From Polyangia bacterium (GTDB taxonomy: Bacteria; Myxococcota_A; Polyangia; Polyangiales; JAUICN01), in contig JAUICN010000005.1 of NCBI GenBank assembly GCA_030427835.1, forward strand, positions 130,496-194,495: a stretch of 64,000 nt of DNA. Reading direction: 5' to 3'. Of this stretch, positions 36,643 to 46,004 are shown piece by piece. Every line of letters begins with the position of its first letter. Position 1 is the first letter of the stretch. A program made the translations under genes and the position numbers. Under the pieces are notes generated by a model. The model saw only the letters and a list, made by a program, of their open reading frames with translations. It searched no databases and was not told where the DNA came from.

Positions 36643-37491
36643 ATGTGGCAAGAACGGTTGGAAATCGCGACACGGCTAGCCCGTACCGCCGGTGACATTT
36701 TGATGTCGATCTACGACACGGACTTTTCCGTGGAGATGAAGGGCGAGAGCGATCCCGTCACCCTGGCGGACAAGAAGGCCAATGCGTACCTGGTGGGCGA
36801 GCTACGGAAACTATTGCCCGGGGATGGGGTGGTGGCCGAGGAGAGCCCGGACCTGTCCGATGCCATTGGCAAAAAGCTGTGTTGGTATGTGGACCCCCTG
36901 GACGGTACCAAGGAGTTCATTGCCAAGAACGGGGAGTTCGCCGTCATGCTGGGGCTAGCGGTAGAAGGCAAGGCCAAGGTTGGGGTCGTGTACCAGCCCG
37001 TGCACGACAAACTCTACCAAGGCATCGTGGGTGACAGGGGCACCGCCGGCGGTGCCTGGCTTGAACACAGGGGTGAACGCAGGCCGCTACAGGTATCCAA
37101 TAGGGAAGACACTTCACAACTGCGTTTGGTGGCTTCCCGTTCCCACCGGCCCCCAGAAATCGACGCCCTCGCAGCTGAACTGGGTACAGACGACATCGTG
37201 CAAAGCGGCTCGGTCGGGCTAAAAATAGGAATGATTGCCGAACAGCGGGCCGACCTCTACGTGCACCCGAGCGACAGGTCTTCGCAATGGGATTGCTGCG
37301 GCCCCGAAGCCATTCACGTGGGAGCCCGCGGAGTGTTTACCGACGTGACCGGGGCACCCTACCTGTACGGTGGAGAAGACATGCGAAACCGCCGGGGCAT
37401 CACCGCCTGCAACACCGCCGCATGGGAAAAGGTAAAACCCTCCGTACTCGCCATCGCCGCCCAACTGGGCTGGTTTGGCGAGAAGAACTGA
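36643..37491 (+). CDS. cysQ: 3'(2'),5'-bisphosphate nucleotidase CysQ-like (IMPase family)
   Basis: VAEESPD, WYVDPLDGTKEFIAKNGEF and SVGLKIGMIAEQRADLYVH motifs. Divergent from cysE. Confidence 0.65.
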   Translation: MWQERLEIATRLARTAGDILMSIYDTDFSVEMKGESDPVTLADKKANAYLVGELRKLLPGDGVVAEESPDLSDAIGKKLCWYVDPLDGTKEFIAKNGEFAVMLGLAVEGKAKVGVVYQPVHDKLYQGIVGDRGTAGGAWLEHRGERRPLQVSNREDTSQLRLVASRSHRPPEIDALAAELGTDDIVQSGSVGLKIGMIAEQRADLYVHPSDRSSQWDCCGPEAIHVGARGVFTDVTGAPYLYGGEDMRNRRGITACNTAAWEKVKPSVLAIAAQLGWFGEKN

Positions 37492-37541
37492 CAATTCCGG
37501 CCTTGGTAGCGTGATTTCCCTAAAGATTGTAGACTGGGAGA

Positions 37542-37778
37542 ATGACAGCCACTGCAAAGCAAGTGCTGGAAGATGCTCTTGCCCTTCCGGAAGAAGATCG
37601 CGAGAAGGTGGCCGAACTTCTGTTGGTGAGTCTTGACAGGAACCATCTGCAAAATGTTGAAAAAGAATGGAATGCGGAAGCCATGCGGCGCCTCCGTGAT
37701 GCCGAAGAAAACCCTGAAAATGGAAGGGAATGGTCAGAGGTTTACGGAGAGTTGAAGGCTAGTTTTTCTTCTCAGTGA
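37542..37778 (+). CDS. Putative addiction-module antitoxin component
   Basis: 78 aa, with LALPEEDREKVAELLLVSLD...EKEWNAEAMRRL. Precedes the ParE/RelE toxin gene and overlaps it (GTGA). GGGAG SD. Confidence 0.7.
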   Translation: MTATAKQVLEDALALPEEDREKVAELLLVSLDRNHLQNVEKEWNAEAMRRLRDAEENPENGREWSEVYGELKASFSSQ

Positions 37779-38089
37779 GGGTTCGATTCAAAACAGAAGC
37801 TTTAGACGAACTTGAGCGAGCTGCAGAATACTATGAGGACAAACAGCCTGGACTGAGTTTACAGTTTATTGACGCGATCCACGAAACGATTCGGTTCGCG
37901 GTTGAACATCCACGACTAGGTATTCGGGTAGGGGTATCTCCAAGATCCAATATGCTCAGAAGGTATCCTGTAAACCGGTTCCCGTTCATGGTTTACACCA
38001 GTCTGATCGGTGAAGTTCTAGAAGTTCTAGCCGTTGCCCACACGTCAAGGAGACCCGGATATTGGGGCGGCAGACTAGGCGGCTCTTAG
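37775..38089 (+). CDS. Type II toxin-antitoxin system ParE/RelE-family toxin
   Basis: 104 aa. AEYYEDKQPGLSLQFIDAIHETIRFAVEHP...RRYPVNRFPFMVYT...VLAVAHTSRRPGYW is typical of plasmid-stabilisation ParE-like toxins. Confidence 0.75.
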   Translation: MRVRFKTEALDELERAAEYYEDKQPGLSLQFIDAIHETIRFAVEHPRLGIRVGVSPRSNMLRRYPVNRFPFMVYTSLIGEVLEVLAVAHTSRRPGYWGGRLGGS

Positions 38090-39660
38090 AACTCCACGGG
38101 TGTGGCGGGGAATTCCTTGGAGGCGCGGGCGCGCTCTTCGATGGCTTGCATCACCGTGAGCACGCGGTTTTCCTGCCAAGGGTAGCCAATTACCTGTACG
38201 CCCACGGGTAGCCCCGTGGCGCGACCAAGAATGGCCTGGGCACGTCGTTCGAAACGATCTCCCTGTCTGGGATTGGCCGCGTTGGCTTCCTGCTCACGCA
38301 CACGCGTCACAGGGATCACGCCCGCAGGCCGATTCAACACGTTGGCGCGCACGGCATAGGAAAAGGCGATGGAAAAGTCGTTCGCTTCCCCCAAGGGTGC
38401 CGCTGGCGTGGCAAGCAGTGGGCACACCACCGCATCCAAGCCCAGCTTTTGCCAATGGGTCTGTTCATCAAGCATCAACTGATTGCGGCGGGTGGTCATC
38501 TTCCAGAGTTGGTCGATGGGTTTTTCGCCCAGGTTAGAAAGCAACGTGGAAAGTCGCTCCTCGCCCATCATGCGCGCGGCACGGGCCATCCCCATGCGTG
38601 CCACCCTCGGCAGATGGGCCACCCGCCGCATCAGCTTCAGTGAATCGATGACCGTTTCTCCCTCGAGCAGTTCATCCAGGGTGCGCCCCCCGTCGCTGCT
38701 CATCACCGCGATCATCAGGTAGGTCATTTCCCGCGCGTAGTCCGGCGTGAACTCCACCATCGTAGCTCCCGCGTCCTTCAGGTAGGCCACCGCCTCGCGC
38801 ACGGCACGCCGACAGGGTTCCGTGGGCCCAAAGAAGCCATCCTCCTCGTAGTAGCCCACACGCACGCCAGACAGTTCCACACCGGGCCCAAAATTCTCAA
38901 GGCCCAAGGGGATCGGCGGCACCCGCGGATCCAGTTGGGCTTGCCTCACGGGATCGAGTGCTTGCATGTACAGGGCCACGTCCTCGGTGGTGCGTGCCAT
39001 GGGGCCACATTGGGCAGCCACCACTTCCTGACCGCCCAGGGCGGTACCCACACCCGCATTGGACCAACGGGGCGTGGTCGGCTTAAGCCCCACGGTTCCG
39101 CAAAACCCGGAAGGTATGCGCACCGAGCCACCGATGTCCGAACCGATGCCGAGGGGGCTTTGCCCGCTTGCCAATACCACGGCCTCCCCACCGCTCGATC
39201 CCCCAGAACCGTGCGTTTTTGCCCAGGGGTTCTTGGACGAACCCCAAATCGGATTGGTGGATTCCATGGGCGACAACAGCGTCTGTGGAACATTGGTTTT
39301 GCCTAGAACGATGGCACCGGCCTCCTTGGACAGGCGCACCACCACCGCGTCCTTCTTTGCCGGGCGCGTGAGTTTGGACTCCACACCGAGGGTGGTGGGT
39401 GTGCCCTCAGTGTCGATGTTTTCCTTCACCGAAATGGGTAGGCCGTGAAGAGGCCCCTGGGCGTCACCCTTGGCCCGGGCCTGGTCCGCCTTGCGAGCGT
39501 CAACAAGTACCTGTTCACGAAACTGGTAAACGAAACCCGTGAGCTTGCCATCCACTTCGTCGGCACGTGCATGCAGGCCCTTCACCACTTCTTCACTTGA
39601 AAGCTCCCCCTGCTGGAGACTCTTGAGAATGGCCCTGGCGGACAGCTCGTGGATTTTCAT
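38086..39660 (-). CDS. Amidase (amidase-signature family)
   Basis: GGSSGGEAVVLASGQSPLGIGSDIGGSVRIPSGFCG signature. The 3' end overlaps the toxin gene's 3' end by 4 nt. Confidence 0.85.
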   Translation of the reverse strand: MKIHELSARAILKSLQQGELSSEEVVKGLHARADEVDGKLTGFVYQFREQVLVDARKADQARAKGDAQGPLHGLPISVKENIDTEGTPTTLGVESKLTRPAKKDAVVVRLSKEAGAIVLGKTNVPQTLLSPMESTNPIWGSSKNPWAKTHGSGGSSGGEAVVLASGQSPLGIGSDIGGSVRIPSGFCGTVGLKPTTPRWSNAGVGTALGGQEVVAAQCGPMARTTEDVALYMQALDPVRQAQLDPRVPPIPLGLENFGPGVELSGVRVGYYEEDGFFGPTEPCRRAVREAVAYLKDAGATMVEFTPDYAREMTYLMIAVMSSDGGRTLDELLEGETVIDSLKLMRRVAHLPRVARMGMARAARMMGEERLSTLLSNLGEKPIDQLWKMTTRRNQLMLDEQTHWQKLGLDAVVCPLLATPAAPLGEANDFSIAFSYAVRANVLNRPAGVIPVTRVREQEANAANPRQGDRFERRAQAILGRATGLPVGVQVIGYPWQENRVLTVMQAIEERARASKEFPATPVEF

Positions 39661-39727
39661 GGGGTTCTAGATAGTGGGTGTTGGTAACGCTCTCAACCCG
39701 AGGGTGTTTCAGGTTTACCGGGGGCTG

Positions 39728-40072
39728 TCACTCCTTCCTGGGGAGCACTCGCACCGGATCGCCCTCGTTTAGGGTTCCCGAGCCCTTTGCCACGAGGTGC
39801 AGCATGCCTGCTGTGATCTCCTGAACCAGCACCGATAGGGAGCCTATCTGGAGCACACAGCCAATGGGCTCTTCCTCAGGCTCCCAGCCGTGGATCACCA
39901 GGGCCGCCCCCTTTTCACACCACCGCCGTTTCACTTCCTCCATGGGGAGCATGGGATACTGCTTCAACCACCAGGATTCGTTGGCGGCAAGAATGGTTGT
40001 GCCGGGCGCAACGTGAGTGGAGTTGTTCGCCGTACAGGAGATACGGGCAGACGGGGTGGGGCGCTTCCACAT
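39728..40072 (-). CDS. Hypothetical small protein
   Basis: ORF with coding-like composition. No family confidently recognised. Start is ATG 40072 or GTG 40090. Confidence 0.4.
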   Translation of the reverse strand: MWKRPTPSARISCTANNSTHVAPGTTILAANESWWLKQYPMLPMEEVKRRWCEKGAALVIHGWEPEEEPIGCVLQIGSLSVLVQEITAGMLHLVAKGSGTLNEGDPVRVLPRKE

Positions 40073-40233
40073 GGTTTTGCGGTGTTCCACGGAAATAGAA
40101 AGCTGCCAACCCCCTGATGCAGAAGAGAAGAAAATTCTACCTAACAGTCAATGAAAGTGAAATATTAAAGTTAAGAAGGATTCATAGGACATGTGGCGTT
40201 TGACCGGCTGGCCTGTTTAATCACAATAGGTTG

Positions 40234-40611
40234 ATGCAACTACGTAGTCTTCTCTTAGCCCTTCTCCTTATCGTCGTTTCTGCCTGTTCCGGTTCTGGTT
40301 CCTCCAGTGGGGCCAACGACAATGGCGACACTGGATTGAACAACCCCGACACGGGAGTCGTTGCTGATACGGGCGTGGTGCCCGATACGGGCGTCACTCC
40401 AGACACCGGCATGGCGCCGGACACCGGCGTGGACGCGGGTCCGATCGGTGAATGCAACACCAACAGCGACTGCACACGCCACTCACAGATCCCGTACTGC
40501 CTTGTCAAATCGGACCCTGCCGACAACGAATGCGTAGAGTGCCTTCGCAACTCCCATTGCGACTACCCCTTGTTTTGCCTCAACAACACCTGTGATTCCT
40601 ACGACCGTTAG
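40234..40611 (+). CDS. Small lipoprotein with a [VTA][PA]DTG[VM] repeat and a C-terminal Cys-rich domain
   Basis: Signal peptide/lipobox LLLIVVSAC. Repeat PDTGV x5. Six-Cys domain ECNTNSDC...CVECLRNSHCDYPLFCLNNTC. Confidence 0.7.
   Translation: MQLRSLLLALLLIVVSACSGSGSSSGANDNGDTGLNNPDTGVVADTGVVPDTGVTPDTGMAPDTGVDAGPIGECNTNSDCTRHSQIPYCLVKSDPADNECVECLRNSHCDYPLFCLNNTCDSYDR
40344..40433. repeat. In-frame 18-bp tandem repeat x5
   Basis: Encodes the xPDTGx hexapeptide repeats. Confidence 0.8.
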
Positions 40612-40652
40612 ACACATGCAGGTTTCCCGCTGAAGCAGCTCCGCCCGTGAAC

Positions 40653-40692
40653 AAAAAAGCCCAGCCTGGGAATCCCTGGCTGGGCTTTTTTT
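40653..40692. terminator. Bidirectional rho-independent terminator between the small lipoprotein gene and dnaK
   Basis: aaaaaa-AGCCCAGCCTGGGA-a-TCCCTGGCTGGGCT-ttttttt: a 14-bp stem with one mismatch, flanked by an A-run and a T-run. Confidence 0.85.
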
Positions 40693-40726
40693 CAACGTTC
40701 CAAGAACGTCATCGGTTCGTAGGAAG

Positions 40727-42634
40727 CTAGCGGGCTTCCTCGAACTCAGCGTCGATGACTCCGTCGTCCTTCTTTGTGGATCCACCATCCGCAGGTGCCT
40801 CTGCCTCAGAAGTGGCTCCATTGGCTCCATCGGGGCCGGCGGCTTGGTACGCTTCGGTAGCCACCGCTTGCATGGCGGTTTCCAGGGCTTCCATGTTGGA
40901 CTGGATCGCCGCATCGTCCTGGGCGTCCACAGCATCCCGAAGGCTCTTTAGCTTCGCTTCAAGATCCGAAACCTTATCGGCCTCGAGCTTGTCTTTCATT
41001 TCGCCTAGGGTCTTTTCCACGCTGTAGCAAAGCTGGTCGGCCTTGTTTCGGTTTTCCACGGCCTCCCGGCGTTTCTTATCTTCCTCCTCGTGGGCTGCGG
41101 CATCGTCCACCATCTTTTGGATTTCGTCTTCCTTCAAACCACTGTTGGAGGTGATGGTGATTTTTTGGTCCTTGCCTGTGGCCTCATCCTGGGCAGTCAC
41201 CGAAAGAATACCGTTGGCATCGATGTCAAAGATCACCTTGATCTTCGGCACGCCACGGGGTGCGGGCATGATGCCCTCCAGGTGGAACCTGCCTAGTACG
41301 CGGTTGTCCTTGGCCTGGGCCCGCTCGCCCTGAAGCACCAGGATCTCCACCTTGGTCTGGTTGTCTTCCGCGGTGGAAAAGGTTTGATCCGCGCGGGTGG
41401 GAATCGTTGTGTTCCGTGTAATCAAAGCCGTCATGACGCCACCCAGGGTTTCCACACCGAGGCTTAGCGGAGTCACGTCGAGTAGCACCACGTCCTTTAC
41501 CTCACCGGAAAGAACGCCCGCCTGAATGGCAGCACCGATGGCCACCACCTCATCGGGGTTCACGCCCTTGTGCGGCTCCTTGCCAAAGAACGCTTTGACC
41601 CGATCCTGCACCATGGGTGTTCGGGTCGAACCGCCCACCATCACCACTTCGTCAATGTCTGAAGTCTGCTTGCCAGCGTCCGAAAGTGCCTTCTTACAGG
41701 GCTCCAGGGTGCGCTCCACCAGGGGCTCGATCATGGATTCGAATTTTGCCCGGGTAACCCGGATGTTCATGTGTTTCGGTCCGGAAGCATCGGCCGTCAA
41801 GAACGGAAGGTTCACTGTGGTTTCGAGCTTCGAACTCAGTTCAATCTTGGCCTTTTCCGCCGCATCCTTCAGGCGTTGAATCACCATCTTGTCCTTGGAG
41901 ACATCGATGCCCTGATCCTTTTTGAACTCATCCACCAGGTAGTCGATGACCACCTGATCCACATCGTCGCCGCCCAGGTGGGTGTCGCCATTGGTCGCCA
42001 CCACCTGCACCACGCTGTCGCTCACTTCCAGAATAGAAACGTCGAACGTTCCGCCACCAAAGTCGTACACAGCGATGAGCTGGTCTTCCTTCTTGTCCAA
42101 CCCGTACGCCAACGCCGCCGCCGTGGGCTCGTTGACGATGCGCTTCACATCAAGACCAGCAATACGCCCGGCATCCTTGGTGGCCTGGCGTTGGGAGTCG
42201 TTGAAGTAGGCCGGCACCGTAATCACGGCCTCGGTCACCTCGGCGCCCAGGTAGTCCTCTGCCGCCTTCTTCAATTTACGAAGTACGTGGGAGGAAACCT
42301 CCGGGGGAGAAAGCTTCTTGCCCCGCACCTCAAACCCAACGTCTCCATTTTCACGGCGTACGCACTTGTAGGGTGCCCGGGCCATTTCCCGTTCGGCCTC
42401 TTCAAAGCGCAGGCCGATGAACCGCTTGGACGAGAAAATGGTGCCCTCAGGGTTGGTAATGGACTGACGCTTGGCGATTTGCCCGACCAGCACCTGGTCC
42501 TGGTCGTCCCAGGCCACCACGGACGGAGTAATACGATCCCCTTCCTCGTTCACCAGTACCTTGGCCTCCTTGCCCTCCATCACGGCAACAACAGAGTTTG
42601 TGGTTCCCAAATCAATCCCAATCATCTTACCCAT
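40727..42634 (-). CDS. dnaK: Molecular chaperone DnaK (Hsp70)
   Basis: [33 protein letters not shown] and [10 protein letters not shown] motifs. AAGGAGAG SD. The ORF-track start at 42670 is 12 codons too long. Confidence 0.95.
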   Translation of the reverse strand: MGKMIGIDLGTTNSVVAVMEGKEAKVLVNEEGDRITPSVVAWDDQDQVLVGQIAKRQSITNPEGTIFSSKRFIGLRFEEAEREMARAPYKCVRRENGDVGFEVRGKKLSPPEVSSHVLRKLKKAAEDYLGAEVTEAVITVPAYFNDSQRQATKDAGRIAGLDVKRIVNEPTAAALAYGLDKKEDQLIAVYDFGGGTFDVSILEVSDSVVQVVATNGDTHLGGDDVDQVVIDYLVDEFKKDQGIDVSKDKMVIQRLKDAAEKAKIELSSKLETTVNLPFLTADASGPKHMNIRVTRAKFESMIEPLVERTLEPCKKALSDAGKQTSDIDEVVMVGGSTRTPMVQDRVKAFFGKEPHKGVNPDEVVAIGAAIQAGVLSGEVKDVVLLDVTPLSLGVETLGGVMTALITRNTTIPTRADQTFSTAEDNQTKVEILVLQGERAQAKDNRVLGRFHLEGIMPAPRGVPKIKVIFDIDANGILSVTAQDEATGKDQKITITSNSGLKEDEIQKMVDDAAAHEEEDKKRREAVENRNKADQLCYSVEKTLGEMKDKLEADKVSDLEAKLKSLRDAVDAQDDAAIQSNMEALETAMQAVATEAYQAAGPDGANGATSEAEAPADGGSTKKDDGVIDAEFEEAR

Positions 42635-42659
42635 CGCGTCATCTCTCCTTCGTCCACCC

Positions 42660-42687
42660 AACCTAACCACCCCCCCAAATGGGTCAA
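42660..42687 (-). promoter_or_regulatory. Possible sigma-70-type promoter for dnaK (TTGACC-N16-TAGGTT)
   Basis: On the minus strand the -35 is at 42687-42682 and the -10 at 42665-42660, about 25 nt upstream of the ATG. This is pattern matching only. Confidence 0.3.
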
Positions 42688-42744
42688 CCGTTGGAAATTA
42701 GGTGGGGGCTGGCGAACCACCTGGGACTGTGTGTTAAAAACAAA

Positions 42745-42766
42745 ATTATCTGCGCGGCAGAATAAT
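42745..42766. promoter_or_regulatory. AT-rich inverted repeat ATTATCTGC-gcg-GCAGAATAAT (operator-like), upstream of dnaK
   Basis: Near-palindrome. Both arms also occur at 13969-13999. Confidence 0.4.
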
Positions 42767-42856
42767 ATTTTGTTCTTGAAAGGAAATTTTCATATTGATT
42801 TCAAATGTTTAGTGGAAAGCCACAGACGGTAGTCGCAGCAATGTGTGTCTGTGTTC

Positions 42857-42881
42857 CGCCATTTTTCCAGGAAATATGGCG
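42857..42881. promoter_or_regulatory. 25-nt palindrome CGCCATTTTTCC-A-GGAAATATGGCG (candidate enhancer/UAS)
   Basis: 11 of 12 positions pair. Centred about 109 nt upstream of the -24 element at 42977. Confidence 0.35.
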
Positions 42882-42912
42882 AAACCAGTGCCAAAATTTC
42901 AGATCCTGAAAC

Positions 42913-42924
42913 CAACCTGGGTAA
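42913..42924 (-). repeat. Degenerate dispersed motif copy (TACCCAGGTTGG, reverse orientation)
   Basis: ccaacctgggta on the plus strand. The 9-nt core CCCAGGTTG is conserved. Confidence 0.4.
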
Positions 42925-42976
42925 CTCCGTCATGGCGTTGGTGGAAACAGAGCGAACGCGGGGCACGATGATCGCA

Positions 42977-42992
42977 TGGCATGTGAATTGCC
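42977..42992 (+). promoter_or_regulatory. Sigma-54-type -24/-12 promoter-like element (TGGCATG-tgaa-TTGCC)
   Basis: GG at 42978-79 and GC at 42990-91, 10 nt apart. The element lies 20 nt upstream of ATG 43012. Confidence 0.55.
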
Positions 42993-43011
42993 CATAGTGC
43001 TCGCATTTCCA

Positions 43012-44796
43012 ATGAAATCACCACAGGACAAGTTGAGGCGCTCCCTCCTCCGTATGGGTTTCCCTTTTTCGTGGCTCCTATCTTGCGCATTCGCTACGCA
43101 ACTCACTGGCTGCGGGGCGCGCCAGGAACGCACGCACCAGAAATCGGTGGAAGCAGGGTTCGTCGACGAAGTATCGATCGCCTTCGATTGGCCGGAACTG
43201 CACCCCTGCCAGCGGAGAAGGACTATCACTCTGGGTGGAACCGAGGGCAACACTTCGCAGCGAGAGGTGGTGCCCGCTGCTTGGGTTCCTCTCGTGCTCA
43301 AGTACCGACCGAACAATGAAACTCGAACACTATTTCTAGTGTGGGCCCTGTCTGGCGGCCTAGGCAGGGAAGCGTTTGCTCGAGGGTTTCATTTGGAACG
43401 GCCCTCTCCTGAAGAGGAGCCTCCAAAGTGTGAGGGGGTCCGCAGTTCGCTGCACCAGGGAAGTCAAACGGCATCGGATTTGAATCGCCTTATTCAGCAC
43501 CTTTTGGGTGAAATGATCCTTCCGAGTGCACTGGTTGTGTGGAACGCTCCCTCCACGTACGGCAAAACCATTCCTGGGGTAGGGCACCAGTATCGTGCGC
43601 TCGAAGACGCGATCCCCAGCAGTTGGTTGAACCAACTCGACCAACCATGGTTTGAGAACTTACCGGATAGGATGCAGTTGGCATCGGACAAAGAAGACGA
43701 GACCTTAGCAACACTTCGTGGGTGGGAGGAACAATGGAAACCAACCGTAACTAAGTTAGAACATCGGCTCAGGGCGTACGCCCTAATCCGGCACTACATC
43801 GATTTGCGACGAGCACAGCTTCCCAAAACCTGGAGGGGGAAAACACCTCCGGCCCAACTATCTCAAGCCGAATACGCCGGGATGTGGATGCTTGCCGAAC
43901 TAAAAGCAAACTACAGCGCTCCAAAATATCGTAGATGGTTGGAATCGATCGGAAAATTTGATGGAAAGCATTTTTCTATCGGAAAATCATTTGAATCTAC
44001 GTGTGTTGGATTTTCTCCCCCATTCAAGGGCGTACTGTTACCGACGCGAGGTTCATTGGATGGACCGGCACCGATTCTGGAGGAGGAGTTTGCCGCCTTT
44101 TGCAGGGGTTATCAGTCCAACCTTGGCTTGAGATTCACGACCAAAGGCTCTGACAGTGCGAATGAGGTGCGGTCCCTCGCCACCGCCTCAAGCACTGGTT
44201 ACCTTCAGGACTATTTTGATCCCAGCAGGACCCCGAAGAAATATCCGTGGCACATCTCCCAAGGGCATTGGGCCCTTGGCACGCAGGTTACGCCAGTGTT
44301 CGACGGTCATGTTGCGATTCAGCCGCCTGAACCCATTCAATGTCGTTCTGGCGGGGCCTACGTGGGTGGGGCGGAGGATTCGCCACCTTGCTACCGAACG
44401 CACATCGCGTTCTTCGACCCAGGTACAAGTGCTCACCGCGGGTCGCACCCCGATTTGGTGCTCCACATCGACGTCCAGTACGATCGTAAACCCAACCCGG
44501 GTACGGACAACCCCGTGTCACCGGACGACCTCGCGGGAAACTTTTTCATCGCCTACCCGTCTCACCTCAACCCGAACAACCATTGCCCGCAAACCTTCAA
44601 CGCACCGCCGCCTGGTGAGCACCCAAACTTGGCTGAGTGCGTGGTGCAGCGGCACACCATGAACGAAGCCATCGACGACGTGGTCACCCTGCTTGGCATC
44701 CACCGCGGCCTCCCCACATCCGATGTCACCGATTCCAGCTCTGAAACCAACGTCCTCAAACTCCTTCTAGCTAGCAACCAGTACCGAAGGCGCTAG
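43012..44796 (+). CDS. Hypothetical lipoprotein (595 aa), orphan
   Basis: ATG 43012 gives MKSPQDKLRRSLLRMGFPFSWLLSCAFATQLTGC (lipobox LTGC). No family recognised. GC is visibly lower than in flanking genes. Confidence 0.65.
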   Translation: MKSPQDKLRRSLLRMGFPFSWLLSCAFATQLTGCGARQERTHQKSVEAGFVDEVSIAFDWPELHPCQRRRTITLGGTEGNTSQREVVPAAWVPLVLKYRPNNETRTLFLVWALSGGLGREAFARGFHLERPSPEEEPPKCEGVRSSLHQGSQTASDLNRLIQHLLGEMILPSALVVWNAPSTYGKTIPGVGHQYRALEDAIPSSWLNQLDQPWFENLPDRMQLASDKEDETLATLRGWEEQWKPTVTKLEHRLRAYALIRHYIDLRRAQLPKTWRGKTPPAQLSQAEYAGMWMLAELKANYSAPKYRRWLESIGKFDGKHFSIGKSFESTCVGFSPPFKGVLLPTRGSLDGPAPILEEEFAAFCRGYQSNLGLRFTTKGSDSANEVRSLATASSTGYLQDYFDPSRTPKKYPWHISQGHWALGTQVTPVFDGHVAIQPPEPIQCRSGGAYVGGAEDSPPCYRTHIAFFDPGTSAHRGSHPDLVLHIDVQYDRKPNPGTDNPVSPDDLAGNFFIAYPSHLNPNNHCPQTFNAPPPGEHPNLAECVVQRHTMNEAIDDVVTLLGIHRGLPTSDVTDSSSETNVLKLLLASNQYRRR

Positions 44797-44887
44797 CGGG
44801 TTGGGTCCCATTTTCGCTCCACAACGCTTCGGTTCCCAAGCTCAGGCCGTCTGGTGCGTCAGCTCCGTCTGCTGCTAAAGCTCCCCC

Positions 44888-45988
44888 ATGTCGCGTCCCC
44901 ACAACTTCCAACCGGGCCCCGCAGCCCTGCCCCTGTCCGTTCTTGAACAAGCTCGGGAAGATATGGTTGAGTTCGGTTCCACGGGCATGTCCATCGCCGA
45001 ACTGGGGCACCGCGGGCCCGATTTCAGGGTCGTTCACGAAGAAGCCTTGGCCCTACTGCGGTCTGAGCTCGCCATTCCAAGCGACTACGAGGTACTGCTC
45101 ATGCAAGGGGGAGCCCGGGCCCAATTCGCACTGGTACCCATGAACTTTCTCTCGCCGGATCGTTCAGCCGACTACATTGTCACCGGCACATGGTCGGTCA
45201 ACGCGTTGGAAGAAGCATGCGTTATCGGCACTGCCCGTGCCGCCGCGAGCAGCAAAGACAAGCAGTTTCAGGCCATTCCCACTGGAGCTGAAACCGATTG
45301 CGACCCGGACGCCGCCTACCTGCACATCACTTCCAACAACACCGTGTACGGCACACGGTTCAAGCAACTGCCACCCCAGCAATCCGGCAAGTACGGCCCA
45401 GTACCGCTCGTGAGTGACATGACCAGCGACCTGGCTGCCGTTCCTGTGGACGTCTCCGCCCACGGCCTCATCTACGCGGCCGCCCAAAAGAACCTGGGCA
45501 TCACTGGGGTCACCGTGGTCATCGTGAAGCGCAGCTGGATGGAGCAGGCCCGCACGGACATCCCCCACATCTTTCGCTACGGCACCATCGCTGCGGCCGA
45601 ATCCCTCTACAACACAGCCCCCACCGTAGCCATCTACTTCCTGCGAAACATGTTGCAATGGACCCGCGACCAGGGCGGTGTGGCCGAAATGGGGCGCCGC
45701 ACCCAACAAAAAGCACAGGCGGTGTATGGGGCCGTGGACGCCCACCCAGGGTTCTACCGCTGCCCTGTTGCCATGGATTCCAGATCCCCGCTCAACGTGG
45801 TGTTTACCCTGCCAGATGAATCCACAGAATCTGCATTTATTGCTGAGTCCAAAGCCGCTGGCATGGTCGGACTAAAAGGTCACCGATCCGTGGGGGGCAT
45901 TCGGGCTTCCATGTACAACGGCACTTCAGTTCAGGCAGCGCTGGATCTCGCCCAGTTCATGAATGAGTTTGCACGTACCCGGGGTTAG
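44888..45988 (+). CDS. serC: Phosphoserine aminotransferase
   Basis: HNFQPGPAALPLSVLEQA, SIAELGHRGPDF, LLMQGGARAQF and AAQKNLGITGVTVVIV motifs. Confidence 0.9.
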   Translation: MSRPHNFQPGPAALPLSVLEQAREDMVEFGSTGMSIAELGHRGPDFRVVHEEALALLRSELAIPSDYEVLLMQGGARAQFALVPMNFLSPDRSADYIVTGTWSVNALEEACVIGTARAAASSKDKQFQAIPTGAETDCDPDAAYLHITSNNTVYGTRFKQLPPQQSGKYGPVPLVSDMTSDLAAVPVDVSAHGLIYAAAQKNLGITGVTVVIVKRSWMEQARTDIPHIFRYGTIAAAESLYNTAPTVAIYFLRNMLQWTRDQGGVAEMGRRTQQKAQAVYGAVDAHPGFYRCPVAMDSRSPLNVVFTLPDESTESAFIAESKAAGMVGLKGHRSVGGIRASMYNGTSVQAALDLAQFMNEFARTRG

Positions 45989-46004
45989 GCCCTAGGTCTT
46001 GTCC

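Noticed and set aside
3788-40433. Short tandem repeats (3788, 28186, 34817, 40344) considered as possible CRISPR or VNTR arrays
   Set aside because: All are contiguous, with no spacers. All are in-frame multiples of 3 inside ORFs and encode low-complexity peptide repeats. No cas genes are present.
42700-42830. CIRCE/HrcA, HAIR/HspR or sigma-32 promoter upstream of dnaK
   Set aside because: There is no match to TTAGCACTC-N9-GAGTGCTAA or CTTGAGT-N7-ACTCAAG. The CTTGAAA at about 42774 is on the wrong strand for dnaK and has no CCCCAT box at the right spacing.
41771-42832. 353-aa plus-strand ORF antisense to dnaK
   Set aside because: Long antisense ORFs opposite hsp70 genes are a known codon-bias artefact. 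I found no start context or recognisable domain.
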